DNA of 64,000 nucleotides from Camelus dromedarius (Eukaryota), in contig NC_087437.1 of assembly GCF_036321535.1 (NCBI RefSeq), positions 15,750,001-15,814,000 of the forward strand, given 5' to 3'. This document shows, in pieces, positions 11,769 to 23,128 of this stretch; within the stretch, counting starts at the first letter, position 1; each line of letters opens with the position of its first letter. The position numbers and the translations under genes were made by a program. Under the pieces are notes generated by a model. The model did no database searches and was not told the DNA's origin. It saw nothing but the letters and a program-made list of their open reading frames with translations.

Positions 11769-13379
11769 TGGCTAGCCAGGTGCCAAGAAAGCAGAGCCTG
11801 GGCAGGGTGTGCAGGTGGCGAGGGGATCAAGCTGGCTGAGCGGCCCAGTGCAGAGGGAGGCTGGCGAGGTCCAGGCTGAGAAGGAAGGTTCCCGAGAGCT
11901 TGTAGAGGAATCTGGGATGCCATGCCAAAGCGATTGGTTTTCTTAGACAGTGAGCCATTCAGTTTCTGTACTGGGAAGAGGTAAGATCAAGCTTGGCTTG
12001 AGAAGGGTTTATTTGGCTGCAGGAAGATTGCAGAGGAAGAGGGGATGGAACTGGGCGACCATTCGGACACTCTCCAGTTGCCCAGGGGAAGGCAGCGGGC
12101 TGGCATGGGGACGGGGTCACCGGCTTGGGACAAGGGCATTGGGAGGAAAATGTGGCAAGGAGACTTGGCCTGATGGGCCTCTCAGAAGCCTGGAATGCAG
12201 CAAAGGGCAGAAAGGAGTCTGAGACCCATCCATCTGTTCCTCTGTGGGCGGAAGGCTGGAGGCAGAAGAGCAGGTGAAGCCGCCCAGGAACTGTCTACAG
12301 ACCCAGCGAGCAGTGGTTCCAAGGACAGTGCCTAGTGGGGGGAAACTCTTTGAGAGCTGAAAATGAAATACTAAGAAGTGATAAGACAGTCAGGGGAGCG
12401 AGGACCGTGGAAACTGAGGCAAGAGCTCCAGGAGGACTGGTCCCTGATGTCAGGGGCTGTTGCAGGTTTAGGAGGACGCTAGGTAACTGGGAGAGGGTTG
12501 TTCCTGGGGTGACGGACGGCTCCAGTGATGTTAGGACACACTTGAGGGGATGTGGCAGGGCAGAGGGCAGCTGGCGTGCTGGTAAGGAGGAGGGTGCGGG
12601 AGTGATGGTCGAAGCTGAGGCAGGGTTAGGTGGAGGGTAGGGTAGAGGGAGGCAGCTGAGTCAGAGTGGGGGGGGGGGAAGCAAAACAGTATCAGCCTAT
12701 GGAGAGGAGTCTGGCTGTGACTGGGGGGGAGCAGTCCCAGCAAAGCGGAGACTAAACATTCAGGGTGGGAAACTGAGGCAGGAAGAGGACGGAGCACCTG
12801 GGAGGGGCTGTCATATTTGCCCACTGTTAACTCACTGACAACTCTGGGAGAGGCATGGTGGGGCAGAGGCTAAGGAGGTGATCTAACAAGTCCTCTCTGA
12901 CCCTGTAGGACCAGACCATCATCAGGTCTAGGGTGGGGGTGATGGGGTGAGGACATTTCATCAACACAGCATTGCAGCCTCAAGGCAGGACCTTGAGCTT
13001 GAACCCTCTGGCTACCCCGAGAGACAGGCAAAGACAGCAGAGCTGGGGGGCTGACCCAGGGAGAATCGCTCCTACCTCCAATGCCCTGTCCCCTTGTTGC
13101 TGCCTCTGCAAGTCCTTCCAACCCCTCACTCACAGTCATGGTGCCTTCCTCTGCACCTACCTTCCAGAACCCTCTGCTGCCCTATTATATTCTGACCCCA
13201 TAGGGGACTGTGTGACCACTGGTCCCCCCACCTGACTCATCTTCTGGTTCAGGGCCCTCTGTGGATGTTCACAGAGCATGTTTGGAGACCTCTGGGGGAC
13301 AAGAGCAGCAGGGAGTTGGCCAGGAAGCACATCCAGTGCCCTGCACACACTGGGGCTGTAGCCCCCAGATTCTCTGAAC

Positions 13380-13630
13380 CTCATTCATTCGGTCATCAGA
13401 TACATGCTATCAACTTTGATGGGCCCGGCGCTGTTCTAGGCACTGGCCATTCCATACTGAACAAAGCACACACGAACCCCAAGAATGAATACCCCTATTC
13501 TAGTAAGAGGAGACCCACAATAAAACTGATTAGTAAAAACCATACCCTGTTAGGTGAAGTGCTATGGGGGCTGTGCCATGCGGATTGCATTAAATAGCGT
13601 GGTCAGGGTAAGTCTCGCTGAGAAGATGAA
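13380..13630 (-). mobile_element. L2 3' end fragment
   Basis: tcattcattc...ctgttctaggcactgg...tgaacaaagcac...ttctagtaagaggagac...gtggtcagggtaagtctcgctgagaag. Confidence 0.65.
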
Positions 13631-13860
13631 AGACAAGTTTGATTATTTTAAAGCTCACCAGTCCTGGTGGGCTATAAGGGGAAGTCCTCAGCCTGCTCCT
13701 TCGCTAGGCCCCCTAAGTCCGGGCTTGGAGAGCTGGGGCCAGCCGGTGCAGTTCTCCAGGAGCACCACCAGAGGGAGCCCGGACCCCTCCTAGCGCCTTC
13801 CGAGCCCTCCCGCACAGCCTTGCAAGCAAAAGTTTTTCTTAAACTAACAATGCCAGTGTA

Positions 13861-13990
13861 AGGAGGTGCTCGCGCCTGATTGGACGGGGGAATTTTGCAG
13901 GTTTGATTCCTTGATTGGACAGGAGGTGTTAGGGGTGGGGAGAGAGCTGATGGTGGGGGATCCCGCTCCCTCCCTCGTCAGTCTGGCCGG
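13861..13990 (+). promoter_or_regulatory. TATA-less core/proximal promoter: two inverted CCAAT (NF-Y) boxes, GT box, Inr
   Basis: TGATTGGAC occurs twice (ATTGG at 13879-13883 and 13914-13918). GGGGTGGGG near 13932. TCAGTCT at 13978-13984. Confidence 0.7.
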
Positions 13991-14347
13991 CTCCGTCCTC
14001 TCGTAGGCTCGGCTGTAGCTCGCAATGTGACACTAGGACGCACACGCACTCGCGCGCTCTCCCCGGCTCGCACTCCCTCGCCCTCTCACACACCCGCACG
14101 CACACACCCACCTCTCCCATAAACACACACACACACATGCACACCCACACCCACGCGCGCCCGCACCGCCCCACGCGCGCACACTCCCGCCCACGCCCAC
14201 GCCGCGCTCCGGGGAGTCCGGTCCCAGCCAGAGCGCGAAAGGATACGGAGAAGCCACCGGCGGGGAGCGCAGCGGCGCCCCAGGACGCGGCGCCCTCCCC
14301 GCGCGGCCGCCTCGGCTCGGGCTCGGCCTGGGAGCCGCCGGCCGGCG
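13980..14347 (+). other. EPHB1: EPHB1 5' UTR (exon 1 non-coding part; TSS inferred)
   Basis: Inr-like TCAGTCT at 13978-13984 lies about 62-100 bp downstream of two CCAAT boxes. CA/CG-rich leader runs to the ATG with no obvious splice acceptor. The TSS position is an inference. Confidence 0.7.
14085..14200 (+). repeat. Imperfect (CA)n/(CACG)n simple repeat in the 5' UTR
   Basis: acacacacacacacacatgcacacccacacccacgcgcgc read directly. Confidence 0.9.
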
Positions 14348-14405
14348 ATGGCCCTGGATTGCCTGCTGCTGCTCCTCCTGGCAACCGCAGTGGCCGCGAT
14401 GGAAG
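14348..14405 (+). CDS. EPHB1: EPH receptor B1, coding exon 1 (signal peptide; 19 codons plus 1 nt, phase 1)
   Basis: Translates to MALDCLLLLLLATAVAAME, matching the recalled mammalian EPHB1 N-terminus (human MALDYLLLLLLASAVAAMEE). ATG has strong context (GGCGATGG). It is followed by the donor GAAG|GTAACG at 14406 and lies in a CpG island. Confidence 0.96.
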
Positions 14406-17400
14406 GTAACGTACCCTCCGCGGAGCAAGTTGGCGGCTGTATCACCCGGGCTTCTCTGGCGGCTACATGTCGCCCGCATCCCGCGACCCTAGAGCCAGGC
14501 GGTTGGGGAGCGTTGGCCGCGGCCGAGCGCGGGGCTGGGGCGGCACCCACAGGCGCGCCCCCGGCTGGCTTACGGCGCCCGCAGCTGGTTCGCGGAGCCC
14601 TCTGGCTCCCGCGCCCTGGCGCTCCCTGGCAGCCCCGGTCTCCCGCAGCTTCGGCTTGGAGAGCGCGGAGCCCGCTGCATTGCGGTGCAGGCTCCTTAGC
14701 TCCGGCGGAGCTGAGCGTTGGGGAAGTATGGACGCCTCGGGCGGTCCGGCCCCTGGAGTGCGGGCGCCTGTCTACTCCCTTCCTATCCCGGCCACAGATG
14801 CGCTTAGGCTGCCGTGCGCCCTCTCCTTTTCCTCTGCTTGCGGTCCGCGGACTGTAGGACTCTGGGCTCGGCGGGCTGGCGTTGCGCGCGGGGACCGATG
14901 AAGCAAGCACTGGCCCGGTACCCCCAAGTGGCCGCCGAAGGAGAGGAGCTGAGTTCATTGGCTGAACCCTCGGGGGACAGCCTGGTGGTCGGGGAGCCTG
15001 CGGGCTGCATCTTTTCGGGGTCATTCGGGGTGAGGTGGACACCTTTGTCACTTCCTGAGCCTGAAAACGGGGCGGGGTGGGGTGGGTGTTCGGTCCTGCC
15101 GAAACTCCCCCAGTATCTCCTTCGTCCCGGCAAGGGAGCCGACGCATAGCGACGCTCTCCCTGCTACTTCTGCCTTGGCTGTGCCTCCCTCCGCTGTGGC
15201 CGGGAAATCGCGCTCCGCGGGCACCGCGCCTGGCGCAGCAGGGAGCCCCGCGCTGGGCTGCGCCCGCGAATCCCTGTGGGAAATCCCTGCCCCGCTCCCG
15301 CCTCCCGCCTCCCGCCCCTTCCCCCGCCCCATTTCTCGCCGCGGAGCGGCGGCCGCAGCCCCTTCCCAAAGCGCTTCTCGGCCTAGAGCGGAGTTTAATG
15401 CCGGGATGGAAGCAACTGTGCGGGGAGATGCGCGCCGCAGCCCAGCTCGCAGCCTCGGTGTCCGGCGCGGGTGAAACTCCACTGAGGGACTCCGAGGACG
15501 GGGAGCTCGCTCCGCTGAACTGCCCTGGTCCTTGCCCAGCTGCTACCGTGGCCCAGTGGAACCCCTCCCCGTCCCTCAAGCCCCGGGTTCGGCGCCCCAA
15601 CCCCTCCGGAAAGTACTGCCCTTCTGGAAGCGAAGCAGGGGCTTTTTGGCTCTAAGGCGGGTCTAAGATTACCCAGCCTCGTAGGGAAGACCACCATATC
15701 CCGCGTTCGTTCTGGTGGCGGCGCGGGGGTGCGGCGATGAATGCTTGGAAAGCTCGCTCTTGCTTTTCTGAAGGTGGCTTTTTGTCTGCCCTCCGCCTAC
15801 CACTGCCCTTTCTGGCTGCTGGTCTTTGTGCGGGGCGGGGTGCTTTTGGGAACGTGCAGGGACTGGAGCATTGGGGAGCGGGGACAACATCCCGCAGAAA
15901 GGATGCTCGGGTTTGCCTTACTGGGGAGCAAGCGCGGGAGCGGTTAAATTAGGACAAGCCGGGCGAAGCACACCTCCAAACCGGTCAGGACGACCTGGGC
16001 GAGCGAGCATTTGCAACGGGCGAGGCTAGGCTGGACTTTCTAGCTCTGGGGCGGCGCGTCCTGCCAGCCGCTCTTCGCGGCCCCTGGAGGGGCAGTGGCT
16101 TGCTCTCGGAGTGCAGAATAGGTGCCTACTTTGGGAGCATGGTCCTGGCGTTGGGTCTGCGTCGTTGAAGGAGGACACATGCATTCGAGCGAAATTGTTT
16201 GAAGGGCAGATGTGTGGGAACACACCAGGTGTCTGGCGGCGCGCGGTTTCCGCCCTAGACCCCACCTGGGTTGGCCCTCCTTGTCTGCTCGCTGGAGCAG
16301 CCCAGGAAGGGTACCATTGTGCCCACGGCCAGCCGTGTATACCGGCCCTGTCACCTGGGGCGTCTGGTGCTGCCCACGGTGTGGGGGCGGTGTTCTTTCC
16401 CTCAGCGCAGCCCAGGGAACTTTGCCATTAGCCCCGCAAGAAGAGCCCGGCTTTCTGGGCTGAACATCTCTCCTGCAAGGGTTAAAAGAAATGCCACATT
16501 CAGCAGAATATTAAAGCAGCCCCGGCGTCCCTGCTCGGTGCACAGGGATAGTACACACCATTCACTCCTTCGTCTCCTCGAATGAGCACAGGCAGGCTCA
16601 TTTTCTACTCTCCACACGCGGAGCCGCCTTCCCGCCTGCCTTGCTGGGCTGGGGCCAGCGTCATTCCACTTGTGATGAGTGAGGAATAATTATCAGAAAA
16701 GTGAATCAATGAGCTTCCTACACAGAGAGAGGATCCCACTCATGCAACTGTGGCCAGGGGGAGCCTCTCCTTGCTGGTTTGGCCCCTTATGTGTCTATCT
16801 GTCTTCTTGTCTTCGTGGGTCTCTGGTGGAATTGTAGTGGGGCCTTGTCACCCAAGGCAGGCAGCTCCAAGACCAGGCTGGTCCTCAGCCTGGGCCAGGG
16901 TGAGGACAAAGGGATAGCAGTAGCCACGGGCCAGGTGGGGACACTTCACCAGAAGCAGGCAGGGCCCTATGGGACCCTCTGCCTGGGTGGAAGAAGGAGG
17001 GGCTGGCTAACCCAGAGAGTGGGAGACCCACCCTGAAGGAGAATGCCCCTTTCCTCCCTGCTGCCCCCCCCCCCCCCCCCCCGCCGCCCACTTCCAGCCA
17101 GTGGCTCTGGCCTGCAGGGAGAAGGCTCTCTGGGGCTTTTAAAGTCTATTTTCAGAGGGGAGCAGGGCAGGCTGGGAGGCAGGGATGCTGACTTCCTCAG
17201 GCCTTCTGGACACAGAACGAGGCCTCTTTTCTGCCTCTGGGAAAACAACTGCCTCTTCCAGTCCGCACCTTTTCTCATTGGTCTGAGAGCTTGTTGAGGA
17301 CCGGCTGCTGGCATCTATGGGCTGCCTCCTCTGAGCTGCCCTTTGGCCTGTGCCCTTCTGGTCGGGGGCTGAAGACATTCTCTCAAGGTGCAGCAGGAAG

Positions 17401-18683
17401 GACATGTCAGGCTGACAGCAGACACTTCGCCCTCAGAGTGGAGTATTTCTGGGCTAAGCCGTTGGCCCTTCTGGGAGGCAGCGATCTGGAATCACTGACA
17501 GCTCACAGCATCCTCCCAGCCCCAGCACCGGCGTCTGTGAGTGACCACACACATGCAGGGGGCCTCAGTGTGCGACACTGGCTGACCAGAGCACTCCTAG
17601 GAGAGCTGCCTTTTGATGTGGCCCAGAGTGAAATTCTGCACTTGCCACCCTTGAACCTGCATGTGTGTTTGCTTTGGTGGTAAATTTCTCAGGGCTTAAC
17701 AAATAGTGGGTTCTCCGTAGGAATTCCTGAGGCCTGAATGCATACACGCCTGAGTTACAGTACCCCTTTGTGGGATAAGTTACCTTGAAATGCAAGGGCA
17801 CTGCATTCCACGGCACACAGTTAAGTCTCCATCACGGTTTCATGGTGGAAACCCCCAAGCTCAGCCTGTGTGTCTGTAACAGGCTACCAGGCCCAGAAGT
17901 GATTGGCTGTTTCTGCATTTCCTGTGAAGATTTGTTTGCTACGAGTGCATCTGTTTTGGGTATCCATGAGCGTGCATGAGCCTGCAAGCAGTAGCAGGCG
18001 CCAAAGATTGAAAAAAATGTCTAGCGGAGAAAAGTAAAATTGGAGAAAATTCTATCCATTAGCTGATTTTATTTTCTGTGCGTCGTGAAAAGGTGGCTAT
18101 TACTCAGTGTTTGCGGAGGGACCCCCTGAAGCAGCGAGTGAAATCCTGGTGAGGTAGGGTAATGCAGCCCTGGGCAATTGTTTTGAGAGAAGTCTTGATA
18201 GTGTAGACAGCTGCTGAGGTAAGACCCAGCCCCAGCCCGAACCTTCTGGATCGGCAGAACAGAGCTGCCCCAGCTGGAGCTGCTCACCTATTCTAACCTT
18301 AGAAATTGGACGAGACATACGTTATGAGGACACCCCAGTACTAGTTTAAAAATGAAGATGCTATTAAAGTCAAAGATACATTCATATTATTAAACTATGA
18401 CGATCATCTTAGTTAACTCCCCAAGAGTTCCTAGAAACGCTAAGGTTTAAGAATGTAGTGTTTCCAGCATGGGCAAAGGGTGGAGGTGATTTTGGAAGCC
18501 AGCAGTGTGGGGTATTGTCTCAGGCAGGCATCTCAGGCTTCAGGCAGCCTTGTGGCACCTGGGCAATTCATTCTAGACTCCTGGACTCTGTTCCCAAAAG
18601 GTCAGCAGGTGTGGAAAGATCCTGAAAGTTGACATTCTGGCCTCCCAGAAGATCCTGTTGTAGGTGCTTCCTGAAAACTTTGC

Positions 18684-18848
18684 CCAGAGGAATGTTTCTA
18701 AATTAGGCTGCAGTCAGGAATCCTGAGCAGGTCTTGCTCTACTTGTCACTTCGGGAGTTGGAACGGCCAGGGCATCTGCATTTTTAACAAAGGGACTTGG
18801 CGATTCAGATGCAGGGAGCCTGGCCCCAGTACATTTAGGAACTGCTGA
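18684..18848. mobile_element. MER5-like hAT-Charlie MITE
   Basis: ggccagggcatctgcatttttaacaa...gattcagatgcag...catttaggaactgctg. Confidence 0.6.
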
Positions 18849-18849
18849 T

Positions 18850-19075
18850 AATAGCTACCACCTAACACGAGGTGCCATTCTAGGTGCTTTACATAAATTA
18901 ATTCTCTTAATCTTTAGACAATCCAATCACATAGGTATTATTATCCATTCTCCTCTCCCATTTCTCAGATGAGAAGACTGAGGTCCAGAGTGTTTCAGTA
19001 ATTCGATGATGCCACATAGCTAGTAAGTGGACTGCACTTGAACCCAGGCAATCCATGTTCTGTACCACTCCACTC
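18850..19075 (-). mobile_element. MIR SINE
   Basis: ctaggtgctttacat...taggtattattatcc...cccatttctcagatgagaagactgagg...cacatagctagtaagtgg...ttgaacccaggca. Confidence 0.85.
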
Positions 19076-21522
19076 TACTATTTTTGTAGGCTTTGCTTGA
19101 AGAAAGGTTCAGATCAGCCTGATTCCATGGGTGGGAAGAACTCTAATGCTGATTCAGCCACTGGCCATAGGGTACTTAACTGATGAGTAGGGACTCCATA
19201 TTTCCGTGGTCTTGGAAGAAGAGATGATGGAAATGTTCGGATAATCCCAGCACTTCGGCTCCAGCCCAGTTTCCCTGTAGCTCCCTTCCTGCCCCTTCTT
19301 TCCCACCTCCCACCCTCTTGCCACTCTATACACATGCAGATGTGGGGCTGGGAACAGCACGGCTTCTGATAAGGAAGGATCCCGAGCATCTTTGCCCCTC
19401 TCCCTGCCCTGGCCAGCTCTCCCAAGGAAAAAAATGGTTGCGGACAAGGGTCCCCAAAAGATGTGGGCCTGGGCATCCTGTGCATTCTGAGAGCAGTGGA
19501 GTGAGCACATGAGACCCTTACCTGTCCCCACCTGATCGTCTGAGGCACATCCCTGCACCGGCTTCCAGGAGCCCACATTCCTTGGAAGAGCTCCCTTTAT
19601 GTCTCTGTCTTCTGCATTAGCCACTGAAGCAACCTGAATATTTCTCTCAGATTTCCATGTCCCCAAAGGTGGTGGAGAAACAGAGTATTGGATGCCTGCC
19701 CTTCTGAGGAAATTACTATAATAATAAAGTAACACCCTGGGAGAGATTTCATATTTAAGAGCACAATTTTGCATGAGAAATTTCTCAACCCCTTCTATGG
19801 ATGCCATTTCACTTATAGCGACAGACTGGGCCCTCAGGTGTGTGTTTTTGTTCAGAGGTTGGGGGTGGGGGGATTGAATGGCCAGCTCAGGGCCACCTGC
19901 TCCATCAAAGGTCCCTGACACCTGATGTCTGAGCCACCTCGCTGGCTTTTGTTAATCACTCCTGGGGGTTAGAGAGATGGGAACACACTTGGCAGGGAGG
20001 CGGGGAGGATGGAGAGCTTGGTTCTTCTTTGCTTTCCATCTGAACTAGGGCTCAGGAAGCAGCAGGACGTACAGTTAGCTCTTGCCCTCCCTGGACCCAG
20101 TGTTCTCATTGTTGAAAGACTAAAGGAGGGGTTGTTATGATGGAGAGGGTAGCAGGGGCTTGGGGTGGGGGCAAACCCCAGAGTAGAAACAGTGATAGAA
20201 GTAGGGGGGCTTGGGGTTGACAACTGTAGGTGAAGTGCAGTCCGCAGCGTTGTGACCCCCTGGCTAGTTGTGGGCGGGGTGTGGATCCTCAGAGTCTGGG
20301 GGCTGGGTTCTGCAACAGTAGCTCAGAGAGAGTGAGGGTGAGCCTGGCCAAAATCAAAAGGGCCTTAGCCTAGTGCCCTGCTCGAGAAGACCCCACTCTC
20401 AGGACCTGTCACTGCCCAGGCTGTGTAGCTGGTACAGGTGGCACCTGGACCACAGCCCCCTCTAGTCCATTTCCACAGAGAAGGTTTCGTCTCCACAGCC
20501 TAGGAAGGGCACCTTACCCACCTGCTCCCTCACTCCCGAGGCAGCGTGGAGTGTCAGCCCCAGAACCGAAAATCTGGGGCCCTACGCAGCACCATAAGGA
20601 CCCTGCTGATGATGGGGACCTCGGATGCTCCGTCCACTAGTGGGGAAACAAGGTGATGAAAAAGGCCAGGTCTCCCCCTCCATCCCCAGTAGAGGTGTTC
20701 CTCCCAGGCACAGGACACCCCAGCACCTGCAGACAACACCATTAGCAGCTGCTGAAGGAGGCTGCTCTGTCCCCTCCTGGAAGGTTCCCTCAGAGCGTTC
20801 GGTAGCAGAACTGGGCTGAGGTGGAAACATATAGGAAGTTTTCAGAGAATTACCAGGACTCATTTCTGCCCACAGGTTGCACCTGAGGCCCTGCCTGTCT
20901 CTCCTCTCTACCCTCCCGCTCCCTGGCAGCAAGTGACAAAATGACTGATTTGAATTTAACCTCCTCGAGCTGCTGCTTCATCCCCCAGCGGAGGTGATAA
21001 TGAGCAGAGAAATGGGCAGAAGCAGGGGGCCAGGAGGGGAGGGGCCGGTGAGGGAGCGTGGCCCCGGGCTGTAGCCTCGCACTAGCGTCTGAGGTCCCTG
21101 GGACTGAGCCTGGAAGCCAACAGGGCCTCAGGCTTGTTCATCCGGAGCAGGACTGGAGACAAGTTTTAGGGAAGGGAAGAGACTTTCCAGAAATTCTGTA
21201 GCCTGGCAGCACTGGAGCCAGGACTGGACTGAGCTGCTGTGGCCCCTTGAGCATCTACCATGTGCTGATCCCCGACCCCTTACTGTCCCAGCATCTGCTC
21301 TCCCATTTTCCAGGTGAGGGAGGAGAGGCTTTGAGAGGGTAAGTTACTGGCACGAGAGCTGAGATTCAAACCGAACTTCTGACAAAATAAGTTGGACAGC
21401 TCCTCAGGCCTCTGCCTCCCAGTTAGTGCTTTTCCATTGAACATTGCTTACTCACGAATTTAATCAGGAGGCACTTATTAAGCACCAGCTGTTTATTCAC
21501 TGTCCGGCCGGGTGCTGTCAAA

Positions 21523-21758
21523 GGTACCCTAATTTATTTTTCAGAATTTGCCACAGGGGTCACCTCCTCCTGGAAGCCTTCCTCCCAGCCCCAGGCTGGA
21601 TTCGGTGGCCTGCTGGTCCCCACCACAGCCACCTCTGCCGCCCTCTGTGGGAGCACAGCCCACACTGGTCTGTGGTGGTGTGTTGACTTCTCTGGGTACC
21701 CCGCAGCTCTGTGAGCCCCTGAAGGATGGGGCTCTACCTTAATTGTCATGGTATCCCC
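21523..21758 (+). repeat. Copy 1 of a local direct duplication (L2-derived sequence)
   Basis: Aligns to 23129-23345 with about 9 substitutions and 2 indels (manual alignment). Confidence 0.95.
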
Positions 21759-23128
21759 AGAATGCGGCTCTGGGTCTCCACGCCCGTCCGTGGGGCAGGT
21801 TCTCCTCTTGCTCTCTGGAATTGCCCTGCCTGTGCCTCCAGCTGGAGGAAAACCTTTCTCCTTCTCAGTTTGCGTTTTCCTATTTGCACATGGCCTTTCC
21901 CACGTGCCCCCACCCGTCAGACCCCCACTGTGGTCATTAGTGGTTTTCTTTTTGCTGTGAGTCTGTCTGGCTCTGATCTTTGATGAGCTGTGTGGCTTAG
22001 ATGGTTGCAGCTTGGCTTCTGTGCCTGGCTCTTGGCAGCAGGGGGTGTGTGTTGTGGGGGCAGGTTGCTGTGGGCCTCCTGGAGCTCCCGCTGTAGGCCC
22101 GCCTTCCAGAGGAAGGGCCAGCTGCCGGTGTTCACTGTTGAGGGCCGACCTGGCTTCTGTCCTGTGAACCCCGCCCTGCCTGGGCCTGTGCTACTCCCGG
22201 AGCTCTGGCAGCTTCTGCCCATCTGGTCAGGTGCAGACCCATGACATCAGGGGAGGATGCTGGGATTTAGCATCAGGTCTGAGCACGGCAGGATATGTGG
22301 GAGGAGGGAAGAGAGAAATCCCTCAGCATCCTAGTCTCAGTGGACAGGGTCTGGTCCCCTCAGGGCCACACCCATGGACAGGGCTGAGCGGGAGGACCGG
22401 GGATGATAGCAGGCAGCTTCGTCGACAGTGGCGGCTGAGAAAATGCCTTATCTGTGAGAGGCAGCTGGGCCCTGCGGTTAACTGTTCTGTTGTTTTCCTC
22501 TTGCTGTTTTTCCAGCACATCAAGGTGGGACCTTTGCCCCTGGCTTTCTCATTGATGCTGAGGCTAGAGCTGGGTGATGCACTTGGAAAGGGGAGAGAGG
22601 AGGGAGGAGGCTCACTAGGGAGGGTTGGGAGGGGAGCCCATCCCGGGATGCTGTCAGCCCCTCTGGCCATGCATCCAAGTGGTCTGGGTGGTGGGAGTGC
22701 AGGCTGTGAGCTTCAGGGCAAAGAGAAGGGTCTCAGGAGCAGAACATCTACCGTGTTGTGGGCGGGTGCCCAGGGACCTGTGCTGGGCACTGGTCAGGCT
22801 GTACTTTGGGTGTCAGACCGCACTGTGCTGTTTGGCTTTGCCCTGGCTAGCACATATGTGAACCTCTTCCCGCACCTTCAGGACTGTTGCAAGACCCTTC
22901 ACAATCTGGGTCTTCCCTTTCCTTTCCCAGCAGCACCTCCCGCTGCTCTGTCTTCCCCTGCCCCACACAGGCACTGACGCACACCCACTGCTCAGGTACA
23001 CGCACCCCGGCATCCCCTTTTCTTTTCCCCATCTGTGTGGGGGCCCAGCTGAGCCTTCTGCTGCTCTGTGCCTCTGGGGCTGCCCCTGCTTGTTCTGCCT
23101 GTGTTGCATTTTTAACCAGCTTTTCTTG

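Larger units (their letters stand above)
13700..16650. promoter_or_regulatory. CpG island over the EPHB1 promoter, exon 1 and proximal intron 1
   Basis: Very high GC and dense CpG (many CGCG/GCGC) compared with the CpG-depleted flanks. Edges approximate. Confidence 0.92.

Noticed and set aside
14348..14857. 169-aa ORF starting at the EPHB1 ATG
   Set aside because: Only the first 19 codons match EPHB1; the rest is read-through past the donor at 14406.
14086..15600. 504-aa minus-strand ORF across the promoter
   Set aside because: Low-complexity Arg/Gly/Pro/Ala sequence in a stop-poor CpG island. It starts at GTG and has no recognisable domain; several overlapping frames are open here for the same reason.
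19154..19921. 255-aa minus-strand ORF
   Set aside because: No recognisable protein similarity, no retrocopy hallmarks (poly(A), TSD) and a non-ATG start in the sequence; most likely a chance ORF.
22231..22977. 248-aa plus-strand ORF (likewise the 241-aa ORF at 62039-62764)
   Set aside because: GC-rich intronic DNA with no domain and no convincing exon structure.
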